From Bugula neritina (lineage: Eukaryota; Animalia; Bryozoa), in contig OZ037771.1 of NCBI GenBank assembly GCA_964035545.1, forward strand, positions 2,677,628 through 2,741,627: a stretch of DNA of 64,000 nucleotides, written 5' to 3'. The notes under the pieces are model-generated. The model made no database searches, was not told the DNA's origin, and saw only the letters and a list, made by a program, of their open reading frames with translations. The translations under genes and the position numbers were made by a program. Below are positions 1 to 13,995 of the stretch, piece by piece (the stretch's first letter is position 1; the number at the start of each line of letters is the position of its first letter).

Positions 1-439
1 TAAGGACAAATGGTTTACTGTGTCATGGCGTATGTTATATCATTTTCTCTGCCACTTCAAGTGTAGAACAAAACCATAGAAATGCTAGATGTCAGAATGG
101 GATAAACTACAAAATGACCAGATTGGTTATACTCTACAAATGCCTTCCTTTTTAAACTGTAAAAGCTGGTCACTTTTTACCACCAGTTTCCATGTTTTTT
201 GGAATTTTTATTAATAAACTTGGATTGTGGTGAATTGCATCTGAATATCTCCATCAACTTTTATATCTAACATTACCTTAATCTACAAATTGTCACTGGC
301 ACTTTTATAAACCTTTGATTTTGTTGGTGGATTCAGCTCTGCTCATTGGACCGTGCTGTGAAATCTAAGCGAATTAGCTTGTAGCAGTGGAAACTAGTGC
401 ACACCCTCCTTTACTCATTTCTGTTTATTTGCATGACAG

Positions 440-3400
440 TTGAAGAGGGAAACTGGTGCTGATGTTGGTCTCTTGCTCTCCTACACTCCTTCGGATGACG
501 ACTTTGTAATTAAGGTAATTCACAAACCTCTAAAATCTATCTCAACGCATTCTGTAACATATGCAAATATCTATGGGCTCTTTGGAATGTTTATTAAGTC
601 AGTAAAGGCATGGGTAAATCTTTTTCAATATTTAATTTCATTAGCTTGCTCAACTATTTCTATTAAAGTTAATTTTGACTTGATAAGTTGTTTGATTCAA
701 CTTTTATTCAAAATATCGCAAGAAAAAAAATCGAAACTGAATATTTTGACCTACTAAGGTTGTTACAAAACTTAATTACGTGTCTGAAACCCTATTTATT
801 GACCATAAAAGAAAAGTAAAAATTATATCACTGCTCACTAGCTCCATGTTTCTGAGGCTGTCATACTTAGTAACAAATATCTGTAGCCTGCCAAGCAGTT
901 TGACATGTGTCGCATGGTTCTTGTCACTCTGTCTCCATGTCATCTCTTGTCACATTTTTATTTCAGATTACATATTTTATAAACCCAATTTTATTGTAAT
1001 CCTAAACAACCTGCTTTCTAATTAGTTCATAGTCTGAATGCTTGGAGTCAGCCATTTTTATTTTATTAATAATTCCATCTTATCCAGACCAGTTACCGTA
1101 ATATCATATCAAGTATGACGTAAAGCATTGCTTAACCATCCAAATATATTATAAACCATCTTGTGTCATGTGATGTGTAGGTTACCAGGATATATTTTAC
1201 TGCATTTCAGTGAATTCTTAAAGGAATGTGATTTTATTTCAGATATAAATATTTTTACCAATTTTAATTACTTAGTGGTTATTTGAATTTCTTGTTTATC
1301 TAATTTCATTAAAGCTCAACTATGATGTATTTTTAGCAAATCCTTGTCTGTAGCATATATACAAGTGTGTCACTGTGTTACCTTGTGGCAATCTATAATG
1401 GTAGTTCTGTTGACCAGTCTGTCACTTGGATTATATTCTAGCATATTCTATAGCATTCCTCCCACCTTGTCTGGTATCCATCTCTTCACCATTTTCTCAC
1501 CTTGATTATATCGGTCATCTTCTAACTTTTCAGCTGGCATGTCTACAGATTGTGATAGTAAAATATTTGATCTCTTTAAGCCCACAGTTTCCTAATCCTC
1601 ACATTCTTTAGGTCATGATTTAAGGACTTGACAGTCTTGTTGTTGTACAAGTGCTGCCCAACGGCTTTTATACACAGATCTTTTTCTTATCTATTCTTTT
1701 TCCTAAAATTGATTGGAAATTTACTCACAGTTTAAAGTCATATTGAAAGAGCTTAAAGGATGATTTGTTTTAGTCTCCGCTTATGTGTGGCATTTTTAAG
1801 CAAATGTTTTTTAGTTATGTGTGTGTTATAATGTACTTATATCTGTTAAACAGATTGTTGTTTAACAACTTTTGAAATTGAAATATCTTTTTTTGTTGTA
1901 GATCTATTGTTAATACCATGTTTCGACTTTGGTATTTTGTCATGTTTATGTAATAACTACAATTATGAGTTGTAGTTACTTGTATTTTTTGAAAAACAAG
2001 TTGCTTTGATCACCTTGAATCACTAATTTTCATTGAACCAAAACTTGCTAATAGGTCTTATATTTTATTGATCTTTTAGGCATTGGACGGTAAAGTCATA
2101 CCAGAAAAGAGATTTCCTTCATCGTCACTACCAATACTACAATCACATTTGAACTTATCTCAGCCTATTCTAACTTCCTGTACTTCGGAGCTAAAGAGTA
2201 ATCTCACATTAATTGCTGGCCAGCCTCTTCATCCTGAACACTGTGTCTTAGCCCCAATAAAACAGAGCAACAAACTGATTGGTATTCTCATACTCCTGAG
2301 TGGAACACCAAGGCAAGCCATATCCAACCGTTTCTTGTGTTTTCTGTATTGGCATTTGATAATGCATCACCTTCATATTTGCTTTAAGATTTAAAAAAAA
2401 TTCTATTGGTTTTTATGAAGTTGATGAATTTGTGCGCTATGGGCACATTTCTTACATAATCAATTATTAGGTGGTGGTTGCTGATTAAAAGTGACTAGAC
2501 TGTGACAGACAATTATTAAATTATGATGAATCTGTGTAGGTTAATTATTTACTAGTGTCTTCTGAAACACTTTACGTCTGTAAAATGCACATCTTCCAAA
2601 TAGCCAAGTTTTTCTAAGATAAACTTATGTTTCACTTTTGTCCCATTCTAAGAGGATCTCGTGTATAAAATATGACGTGCTTTTCAAAGATAATGCAAGG
2701 TTATAATTGTTATTTGATTCGCTTATATATTGATGCAACTTATTAAAGGTCATCGTACGCAACTGCGTGGTTTGTTGTTTGTTGATTCCATGGTGACTAA
2801 TTTTGCAATATTTTCAAGTAGCTTACTGCATACACACAGTCTTAGCCTCCTACAATGGTAATGTAGAAAATAGTGAATAATACTCAAAGCATTTAATGAT
2901 TTACAGTTACTGATCAACTCTTATTGAATAACAACTTATTGATTACCAGTTGCTAATGAAGAATTATATAATCATAATTTATTCTTTGAAATTCAGGTTC
3001 AAAGTGCACACCCAAACTTGCTCTGAAATTCATTCTCCTCAATTACAGGGATTTACATTATTTATAAATTAATAATTTCAAGTTGCATACAGATCAAAGA
3101 TGTCTACAGTTTCAGCGCCTCTATCTGCACTCAAATCTAAAACATATTTAATGTAATTTTATGTCAGGATTCATGTTTCCAAATGCTTTACTTCTTGGAT
3201 TTACTTGCATACATAGTGAAATTACACACAGCTTGCTTTTGCTACTAGCTTTCTAGAAGGTTATTTTACTGCTGGTATCAGTTAGTTATATTTATAAATT
3301 TATTGAAGCTTTCAGTTTGAGTAGTTTCTGTGGTTTCAGTTTCTAGTTGGTCTGTTAAATATATTGAGAATGTTTGAAGATTTGGTTTAATGAAGAAAGT

Positions 3401-6400
3401 TGTTCACATCAAATGAGGAGTTGCTAGAGAAATGAGGTGTTGGGTAGAACCACTGTTGAAACCAGTAAAAGTACATTATTGGTTTTCTGGTAATGGCACT
3501 ATGTAAATGAGTTTATCTGTTTATTACATCAGTTTGTACCCTTCTCTCTCTCTCTCCCCCCCCCCCCCCCCTCTTCACTAAAGTATATTCACCATAATAT
3601 GCCCAGTTCCACTAAAATAGCTGTAAGCCTAAATTTCTTATGTTTCATTGTAAGGCTGCCATTAGTTCTATTTTCTCCAATTTTTTTGCACATAAACATA
3701 TTTTTTCACTGAAATTTAATCCTCCCTGCAGAGTTCTAGTAGAAAACCAACTAATTCATCATTTCAAATGAGGGATGAAAATATTTTGCAATTAAGAGAT
3801 GCTAATGGACCATTTTCCCACAATTATGTAATTATTATTATCTCTTTGGAGAGATTTTTACACATTATTGCTCTGAGATGAGTACTTTCAGATATTATGC
3901 AGAGTATATTTATGGCTTGTCACATCTTACGTAAGCTAATAGGGCCTAACTGTTGACTTATCTGCCTTTATTTCATAAACATGGTCACACTGCAAGGTCT
4001 TTAGTAAGCAACTTCTTCTGCTGTGATACTAATAACTACTAACCTGTTAAACTCGCTTTAAGTTTAGGACTCCTCAGTTTGTATGGGGTTGGTGTTGACC
4101 TGTTGACCTTTGGTTATGAATCTTGGAGTGATTGAACTTCTAAAACCATTTTTGTTGATTAGGTTTACCCAGGAACACTTGGATATGATCGAAGCTGGGC
4201 TGTCCTTGTGTGGCTCTATGCTGTACAAAGACATGGTGGTAGAGAGGGAGCGAACTCTTCGTCAGCAGACGGAGGTAAACTTCCTGGCATATTCACACAC
4301 TTCTCGCCAAAGCTAAGCATTTTTTTCATAAATAACTAATTTGTTGTTACTGATACTCTTACATTTACTACTTTGCTAAGTCTCATTTATATATCTTAAT
4401 AATTTTTTGTTTTACAGAAACTTCATCATGTGGCAAAGAACATTTTTACTCATCTTGGTAAGTAAAGTTGTTTTAGAGCTTGGATTTCACTCAACTATTA
4501 TGAAAAATGTTTCATTCACAATATAATATCTGCACATCCAAACTCTGCTATCCTCTTTCTTCCTTCAGGTACTCAGTTTAGCCGTTTAATTCAAGATCAT
4601 TACCAGCAGTTGATTGATCATGTTCTCATTCCTGACTTCCCTTCACCAATCCAAGCAACTCACCACACTCCTCTTTATAAAAATGTTTTCATTCCTCCAA
4701 TCGGGTGTCAGCGTCTCATCTCTCTAGACAATCGTCTCTTAATTGTTGGGCCTCGCTCTGCTCGCTATAGTACCGATTGGGACTGCAGCCAAAAGATATC
4801 TGGCACGACTCTGGATGATATGGGCACAGTCATTGGCGTGTACGACACGGGACATGCCTACTATGAATCTTCCAGTTATATTAGTGTTGAGAGTGATATG
4901 CCAAACCACCATCTTGGTGGTTCCATCATTCGAGAAAAGTGGGAAGCTGGAATGCCCAATTTAGGAGACATTCGTGAAGAAGGCGAGAGCTCCTTGCCCG
5001 ATGCCTCTCTTTACACAGATCTCAACTCCAGTATAGGCAAGCCAACGGAAAAGAATTCTCATGTGCATTATGGGATAGACTTCACAAGGCGTGGCTCTCT
5101 TAAGGCCGAAAATACTCTGCATTTACAGGAAACAGATTCAAACAATAATGCTGACAATGGACTAAATGAAAATGACAGTCAGCGAAAGAGTCAAACAGCC
5201 AGCGATCAAAACAATGACATCATTAGTCAAATATTCTCTGCTGCAACGGATTCCCCTCAAGCAACAGCAAAGCCGAGGCGATCTTCAGTTGCCAGTGCTC
5301 TGCAACGACCTTCAACTTTTGCTGCATATCGATCAACTGGTGTTGAGTCAAGAACTCATATGCAGAAAACCGTGCCCTCCTCTGCTAGCAGGACTGCCAT
5401 GAACTTTCGGTCGGAGAATAGATTTTACTCTGTGAATTTAAACAGGCCCAATAAGGTAGCTAGTAGATCTAATATGCCTCGATCAGTTGTGTCCAATCAT
5501 CAGCTCAAAGGTAGTCCTGATATTGGAAATAGCCGGCCCCGAACTCCGCCCATGGAAAAAATAGTCTACAGTTCTACTGTTGATGTCAAAGATAAAGCAG
5601 TTAAAAACTCAACAGATGTCAATGCTGAAATAGTGAAAAAAGCTTCTACTGTAACTGAAGAATGTGTGTTTCCACAAGATGACAGCCTGAAAAATCTTAA
5701 AAGTTCTCGAACCAAAGTAAACCAGTCCACTTGTGATTTAGATTCGAACTACACAGATCTTTCTAAGGAAAGTTCCCAATTGAGTAGAAATGATTCGGAA
5801 GAAAGTGCTGAGCTGAGAAAGTTTCAGGCGGTTATGAAGCAAGATTTTCATGTACCTGGTCAAGGTCATATGGATAAAAACATCATCCATCCAATTCATC
5901 CACACAGACGCATATCTGTTTTAGAAGAAAGTGACCAGCATTTGAACACAGCCAGTGACACGAATGAAGTAAGTAATGGGTCGCATGAAACTGCGCATTT
6001 CCACAAGCCATCACTTTCTCCCAAAGGCCATATTGAGAAGTCTGGAGATCAAGATGTTGTATTGGCTCATAAGCCATCATCTTTGACGCTAACAGCTCAT
6101 GTTCACGACAAAGCTGCTATTGCCAAATCTCGTGAATCTTTAGTCGTGCTTTCTGGCGGCAGCAAAAAAGCGCCATCACAAAATGTTGATACTGACACGT
6201 CTAGTTTTAATCACAAGAGAAAAGGGACTATTGATGCCTCCGTAAATCGAAAATCTGTTATGAGTTTAGATTCACGAAGTCGTGACACCAATGATAACCG
6301 CATTACAGTTGCTGATAAGCTTGAGAAGAAAAGAAGTACATATAAGAAGGTTTCAGCGACACTGCCAGCGCCAGCTATTGATTACGATCATATTAGCATG

Positions 6401-9400
6401 ACCTTATCTGTTGCAGACGGTATATCTGGTCCCTTTAAGCACCGGCCTTCTCAGGTTGATAACTTTTCAAAATTGAGACGATCACTGGCTGACTCAAAAG
6501 GTGCTGATCGTTTTCTTTCCCCTCGTAAAGCAAGCAGCCAACGTTATGTTGGACGCAAATCAGCTAGGTTAGAGGACAGCACCCACAATTTGGCAACCTA
6601 CCATTTGTCTAGCCATGCTCCTGTCATTTCTAAAGGCATCCAGCACACGGTGAAAATGCATGACGCTTCTGTTCAAGCTAACCATTCGATATTTAGATCG
6701 TCGATATCACCCATTCCAAATACTGAGAGATCACTGTCTTTCTCTCAGCCTCTCGCGGATTATAGAATGTTCCAAATACAAGTTCCAGATGAATCTAAAA
6801 CTAGTCTAACACACCCACATAAGTCATCAAGCCTGGATGATCAGCATTTGCTGAATTCGAAGGCTCTGTCCGACAGTTCTGCCCGATCTAGCGTTGACCC
6901 GAATGTCAACCCTAGCCTGCTCCCGCTTATTAGCCCGGTTTCAGGCACGGTGCTGTCAAATCTTTCTAAAGTCACTGAAGAACGAAACCGTTTGAAGGCC
7001 AACAATTCTTCAGTCATTTTCAGTGAATACTCAGCCAAAGGAGATAGCGACATTGAAAGCTTGCTTTATGAAGATAATTTGTTAGAATGGGATGAAAATG
7101 GCGGGAAAAGGTTATCCAAACGGCGAAAACATGCCAAATTGGTTGAGGTCAGGACGCTGAATATAAACACCCAAGAGTACGAGACGTTTGTGTGGCGTTA
7201 TAGAACCTTACAGATCTGCAAGCTCACCCCAGTGACTGGCTGCTCAGCTTTGGATGACTGTACGTTGAAAATGTCTGCCTTTTTACCTAATCATTGTGCT
7301 GTCTGTTAAGCTTATAGTTGCTCCCATTTACCATTTTACCATCCTCATAGTCTCCTTAGTCTGCCTGTGTATCTCATCTCTTACTTCAGTACTAATATTT
7401 TTCACTCTCTCTCCCTCCTTGTTGCTGGTAGGCTGCTTTCTTTGTAGTTTATACACTGATTTTTGAGAACAAGTTACTAAATGTTTTATTGTATTATTAG
7501 AATAGTAATTGTTTAAGGTGCTTGATAAAAGTGTGCTAAACAATATATTACACCTTTCTATATTAGTCTATTCTAAAGATGTATTATGTTGTATTCAGAG
7601 TAAGAATGGGTTGTAGATGACTTGACCATACTACTGAAGGAGATTATGCAAGAGGCGAGGTACTTGTGTCACGCCGAAAGATGTTCCGTGTTTCTTCTAG
7701 AAGCTGAAGCCAACGAGTTAGTTGCCAAGGTGTTTGATGGTGACATCGCCTCCAATGAGGTAATCTTGTTTGAAACACATTAACTTCTAACTGCTTTACA
7801 TGTGGTTTTGTTGTTCATCTATTTGATTGTGACTTTACATGTCTCTCTGTAACGTGAAATAAATTTTTTAATTCAGTACTCTGACAGTTTTAGCAAAAAT
7901 ACTTTGTTCATATCAGACTGGAATGTTCCATGAAGTTTCTAAATCTTTGTCATACCACATAAGCAGGATAATGCTTTCTTTTGTAACCAATCTTAAACCA
8001 CCTTTTCACAGGAAGTGCGTATGTCAGCATCTGAAGGTATAGCTGGTCAAGTTGTACAGACAGGAAAAATCCTAAATATAAAAGATGCGTATTCTCACCC
8101 GCTGTTCTATAGGGGAGTGGACGAAACGACTGGGTTCAGAACTAAAAGCATTCTCTGCTTTCCTATTAAAGATGAAAAAGGTAAGCTTTTTGCACCAGAA
8201 CAACAAACTTACCATTTGCAAAAATAGTTTAGTATTAATTATTGTAAACAATGTATAGTCCTGCAACAAAACACAGCCATTGCTAGTCTTGCTTGCACCA
8301 ATCTCCATGGTTTAAACCTCCAACTGTCGCACGATATTCTGGGATGTTGAAGAGTTGTGGGTGAGGTGGAACTGTGTAAACTCGTGGTTTGGAGTGCTAT
8401 TTTGTGTCTGCTATGGCATCTGGTAGACTGCCTGACAGCATACATGTATTTCCTACCTACCATAGACATTACTAGACTTTATTCTAGACATCAGTGTCAG
8501 AGCTGAATACTTACAGTTTAAATGTTCTGGAATGTTCTAGTATATTCTAGAAAATGTGGATTTGCTGTAAGAGGCTTCAGCGACATCAACTTATATAAGT
8601 TAATAATTTATTCTATGCTATTCTACTGGGGACATATTTTAACAAAAAAATTGACATACAGTTTTTAATTTATAATTTTATTGATTAGTTTGGTTTTCAG
8701 TGCAACTCTAGCCATGCTAGCCATTCTCCTTTTTCCAGGACTATTGTTGGTGACGGCGATATGGCTTCAGACACACCTGGTCTGTTGCATACATTTGGCA
8801 CGGGCTTAAAGGAGCACTCAAATGTGTGGCTTTGAAAGTTTTCATCAATTTTGCTTTTATTTAGGACGTGGTATTTGCTATTGAAGCATGTCTGGTCATA
8901 ATCCAGACATAGGAATGCCAGTTCCTGGTTAATAGCGGATCTGGCTAAATACAGTCTGTGTTTTGTAGACAAAATTATCGGAGCAGCTCAACTGTGCAAC
9001 AAAATCGGCAGTTCGCACTTCAACTCCACCGATGAGGTCATAGCCAAGGCACTGGCCACGTACTGCTGCATCAGTATTGTTAATGTAAGAATATATATCA
9101 ACAGTTTCTGTATTAAATTGAAGTTGTCCTCTTTTTCATACATACTGTTTATAAATACAGCCAATACTATAAGAGTTATTAGTGAAATGAGCGTAAGTAA
9201 AGGATATTTCAAGCAGTCTATACTGTGCCTAGCTGTACATGCTATTTACTGTGACCCATATATGAACACCATGCATAGGTACCATACAACGCCACCACTA
9301 CTGTTATTAATATAACATATGCACTTCTTGCTAACCGTCTTATCTGTATCTTGTAGAGTATAATGTATAGAGATGTTCTGGATGCACACAACAGGGTTAA

Positions 9401-11105
9401 ACTGGCCAATGAGCTTATGGTGTTTCACATGCTGGTAAGTATCTGTACACTGATTGGTTACAATCAGCATATGCTGCACACTGATTGGTCACAATCAGCA
9501 TACGCTGCACACTGATTGGTCGTGTGGTGTGCTTCCAGTCACATGTTGGATAGTTGAACTCACAAGCATATTTGGTAAAAATAATATTATCTTTTTATTG
9601 AAAGAGTTTTAGAATAGTTTAAATAATAGCAGCATTATTATGGCAGTGTTCAGTCTAGCCTACCTAATAAAAAATACGCCCCTCAGTCACTTACAGCGTA
9701 TATATCTGATTTGCTAAACCTTATTCTTTTAAACTTCTCGTTGTGTGCGTCATAGCTCTCTCTAGTCCACTCGAGTTCTTAGCATTGTTTGCTAACAGAA
9801 CAGTTTGTCCAATTGGCAAGAGCCTTCGAACGTCTGCCAATGTCCCTGTCAGTGTTTAATCAAGAATTTTTTTGTTGTTTTATTTTCTGCTTGTGTGGAA
9901 ATATCGGAAATAGAAATCTTCAATTCTAAGGTGCCACCTAGTGAGCTTGCTGCTGTGTTTCAATATTAGTTTTTCGGGTATATTATGTTTACTGAATGCA
10001 TTTATAAAAAAAACATATGAAAACTTCAAGTTTGTCAGCTTCATCTCAGTTTTGGCTTTAATCTGCTTTCTTGAAATTACTTTTCTAAGATCCAAGACTC
10101 TGTTTCCTGCAGGTTCCATCGCAAGACGTCGTTGAGTTGATGAAACAGAAAATTATTCCTCTCGCAGAGTTTGGCAAAGAACTACATTTACAAGACTTTA
10201 AGAATTCTCTCCCTAGATATGTTCCTATAAACTCCATGCCTATGGCAAGTTTTTTCTCTTTTCTTTCCACAATTGTGTTCTTGTTACTCATTGGGTAGAA
10301 GGATAGCTTGTTTTTACTTCTTAACATTTTTATATTCCAACAGAAAGGGTAACTGTTGGAGTCATTAGAGTTGGCGACTTTTAGAGATATATGGTTTGAA
10401 ATGTTGGTTTTTACTACTAACTTCCTTTCATTTCTATAACAATTATTTGTTTGTTTCAGGCGGTAATGAGTATGATGACAGAATTAGAATTTTGTAAAAA
10501 TTTCAAGATAAAATCCCAAACATTAGCAAGGTTGGTATGCTATATGACTGGGATACTATCAAGTTACTTTGTGTAATACTCTGAAAATGTTGCTACGTGT
10601 TTCCCGCCTTGTTCTCACAGGTTTGTGCTGATGGTGAGGAAGGGTTACAGAGACCCCCCGTATCACAACTGGAACCACGCCTTTTCTGTCGCTCACTTTG
10701 CATACCTGATATTGAGAAACATCAGATGTGTGGCTGAAGGAGTTTTAGAGTGAGTACACCAATTTCATTTTAAACTTTCTTTATTGTTCGTTATTTGCTT
10801 GTATGTTAAGGTACAAGTACCAAATAGAAGCATGCTTCTATTACTGCTACCTTTACGATAAATTATGAATTCTTATACATATTGTTTTCACTAATCAAAG
10901 ATAAAGTAATCAACTAATAAACTTACCATAATTTTTTTGGATAAAACTTTAGCAGTATTTAGAAGTAATCTTTTTTGTTCTATTTCTTTATACTACACAG
11001 TTTCACTGCTAGTCATCATACATGCAGCAGAAAATTGTGTTCTATCACTTACCTACTCACTTACTTAATTACCTAATTACTTACCTACTTACTTATTTAC
11101 TTACC

Positions 11106-11137
<32 letters not shown>

Positions 11138-13460
11138 CATTTACATACTTACTCACTTTTTTATTAACTCACTTACTTACTATATTTACTCACTTATTTA
11201 CTTACTTATTCACTCACTTACTTACTTACTTACTCACTTACCTACTTACATAGTCACTTATTTACTTACTTACTCACTTATTTACTATCTCAGTTACTTA
11301 CTTACAATAATTTTATTCAATTCTGCAGTGAGCTCGAGGCATTAGCATTCTTTGTGGCTGCTCTCTGCCACGATATAGATCACCGAGGCACAAGTAATTC
11401 ATTCCAAGTAGCATCAGTAAGTATTCTAGAAATCTTCTAAATGATGATGACTATGAGAGGGCAACTCCTACTTAATATTTATTATCTTAGGATTGTTCTC
11501 CTATTTGGAACTCGCATCTTGGTTGGACTTTACTCAAAATAAAATATGGAATTAATTTTAATGTGATTATAAAGCCATACTCTGGTGCATTTGTGTTTTT
11601 TATGTTTCATGGTTTTTAAGGAAGTTAAATATGTTGTATATACATTGTAGAACTCAGTTCTGGCAGCTCTCTACAGCTCAGAAGGCTCAGTGATGGAGGT
11701 CAGTAGGTCAAGTGGTTTATATGGTTATAAAATTTTTGCAGGTTGTTTTTGAGCTTTTCAGCTTTTTTTAAGTAGCAGTTCTTTAAAATTCATTTTGAAA
11801 ATAAGATGAAACTAGCTGTAATTTTCTCCACCTGTTGTGGTATTCTATAAACTTTTCCTCTCAAGTAATGAGTATATCAAGTATATGAAATAATTGGTGA
11901 TATCATTCTGTACTATTGTGTGTGTGTGTTTCAGAGACACCACTTTTCCCAAACCCTCTGCATACTCAACACTGAGGGATGTAATATATTTGAAAATGTT
12001 ACTCGTAAAGAGTATGAGCAGCTACTTGACCTAATTAGAGATATCATACTCTCCACTGACATTGCTCATCATCTGCGTATTCGAGGTGGACTCGAGGCCA
12101 TGGCAGAAGGTTTGTTATTTCAAAAACGTATTTATATTGGTTTAAAAGTTCTAAAATTATTTTTAGTGCTTATATTGCTAAACTTGCTATAAAAGCTGAA
12201 TTAATTTTGAATACATGATAAAAGATGTCAGGTTCGAAGCTTTTAGATTCTTTTGAAGTTTCTATACTTGTAAAAAGTTATATAACATGTCAGGTTATCG
12301 AGTGCCATGTGATAATTTGTTGTCTTGCGCTACCTCGTATTATACGAGTGAAGCCGTGATGTAACACTCTCTTTGATTTGCTACCGTGTTACTGAGATGC
12401 TGTTGTATTCTGTAGAGGGCTTCAACAAGACCAACCCTGAACACAAGTCCCTCCTATTGTGTCTAGTGATGACCAGTGCTGACTTGTCCGACCAGACTAA
12501 ACCCTGGAGCGCTGCCAAGAGAGTCTCGGTCAGTTGACTAGCCTTTGTTCTTGTCATCTCATCAGTTTTTGTATCATTGTGGTAGCTTGTTCATGAACCT
12601 GAGGCTGCATATTGCATGTCGGCTGCTTCAGAATAGAATTGATCACATGCTGTTATATTAGTCAAGCTATATTTAGGTTCTCACTTGTCGAATGTCGTTC
12701 TAGAAAATGCTATACAAGGAGTTCTTCTCGCAAGGAGACTTAGAAAAAGCCTTAGGTCGTAACCCAATGGAGATGATGGACAGAGAGAGGGCCTCTATAC
12801 CCGACCTACAAATTGGATTTATTGATCACATAGTTCTTCCAGCATTCAGGTTGGTGTTTCCTTTTTAGAAATTCAAAATGAAAAATGCTGCCTTCAAGAT
12901 GATTATAAATTATTCAAAGGATTTTACTCAAAGGTGTGCTGTTACTGTGAGAAAATCTTTGTAAACCAAATTCTATTTCACATAAGCTTATGTAAAGTAT
13001 TTTACATTACGTAACGGTTATGTAATGTAGCATACTGGCTTTTACAGGTCTATTTATATCTAAAACGTTGTTTACTTTGTTTTGAAAAAATATTATTTAC
13101 TGCTCTTCATTTAATTTGTACAAACGTTCAATTCATTTTGCATAACGGTTTTTGGATATTTGGCACTTGTTAAACACTATGCATGTCGAGTGAGAATAAA
13201 CATTATCAACAATTAATTAAACAGTCTCTGATATAGAATTGATCTCTTACTGTACATGACTCTTTTGTAGAACTCTTCGTACTGTGTTTCCCACAACCGG
13301 GTGCCTAGTAACTAACATTGAGGAGAATAGAGAGCATTGGGTGACTATCAAGACAAAGACGGCTGATAGAAGAGACAGTCTCACATCTTTAGAGGTCTTT
13401 GACTTTATAGATGAAGAGGATGAGCGTGAGAGTTCCGGTGAAGACATACCGTCTGCGTAG
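440..13460 (+). CDS. PDE2A: cGMP-stimulated GAF-domain cyclic nucleotide phosphodiesterase, PDE2 family (5' end upstream of window)
   Basis: Phase-compatible exons 440-514, 2080-2312, 4163-4274, 4418-4457, 7617-7759, 8012-8180, 8969-9084, 9357-9434, 10113-10244, 10460-10530, 10621-10749, 11329-11416, 11651-11698, 11935-12109, 12416-12528, 12704-12850, 13271-13460 (TAG). PDE2-typical motifs: [38 protein letters not shown]...[76 protein letters not shown]. Confidence 0.93.
4569..7309 (+). CDS. Candidate giant alternative (terminal) exon of PDE2: about 913 codons, Ser/basic-rich, ends CAVC-stop
   Basis: Strong pyrimidine tract plus CAG (tcctctttcttccttcag, AG 4567-4568). Joining to the phase-1 donor at 4457 gives ...[23 protein letters not shown]..., in frame with ORF 4610-7309. 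A 2.7-kb stop-free frame in AT-rich DNA is unlikely by chance. Confidence 0.7.
9447..9520. repeat. About 2.5 copies of a 30-bp intronic repeat (acactgattggtcacaatcagcatatgctgc-like)
   Basis: Visible tandem repeat just downstream of the PDE2 donor at 9435. Confidence 0.75.
11045..11305. repeat. Degenerate (TTAC/TCAC)n tetranucleotide microsatellite in a PDE2 intron
   Basis: acttacttacttac/actcac runs; explains spurious ORF 11022-11345. Confidence 0.9.
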
Positions 13461-13985
13461 CTTCCTTTCATCATCAGTGTAAGTTGAGGCTGTGAGTTAC
13501 GTACGTCCCTCTTGGTTTAACTTCTATTGCATTCATCACATTTCACTAGGGCTTCGTTTTTTTTTGCTAATTTTATTTTTATGTACTACATGTGAAATTT
13601 GTTTTAAAGGACTTTTTGTATATTTACTGCAATACTGAAAATCTCAGTTAGATTTATTTTGGGGTGGAGGTTTTAGATGCCATTAATTCAAGATTTAAAG
13701 TATGTTATTGTTTGTGTAGCTGTTGGTAATTTAAAATGGCGTCCGATTATCAATAACTCTATTTATAATTTTCTTGCTCAGGAAGGATTGGCAGACAATA
13801 TGGGAAGTTGTTCTCTCTCTTTTACTGGTTATCAGAAAATTCAGAGAAATATTCTATGGAATGGAAGTTGTGGAGTCCATGACATTGGCTAATGTTTTTC
13901 AACGCTCAGTGGCAATATTTATATATTTCTTAATTATTCTTGTAATCATTAATTTAATCACACAACAATGAATCACATCCATACC

Positions 13986-13995
13986 AATAAATAAA
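13986..13995 (+). terminator. Candidate polyadenylation signal of PDE2 (overlapping AATAAA x2)
   Basis: aataaataaa about 525 nt after the stop codon, followed by T/GT-rich sequence. Confidence 0.4.

Noticed and set aside
4743-7053. Short alternative-frame and antisense ORFs overlapping the 899-aa ORF
   Set aside because: Shadows of a long coding frame; no independent motifs or splice support
8701-8835. Acceptor-like site and small hydrophobic ORF ([17 protein letters not shown]...) in a PDE2 intron
   Set aside because: Phase-1 splicing hits a stop immediately or soon after, there is no convincing donor, and the flanking PDE2 exons already join cleanly
11022-11345. 107-aa LLTY-repeat ORF
   Set aside because: Translation of the (TTAC)n microsatellite
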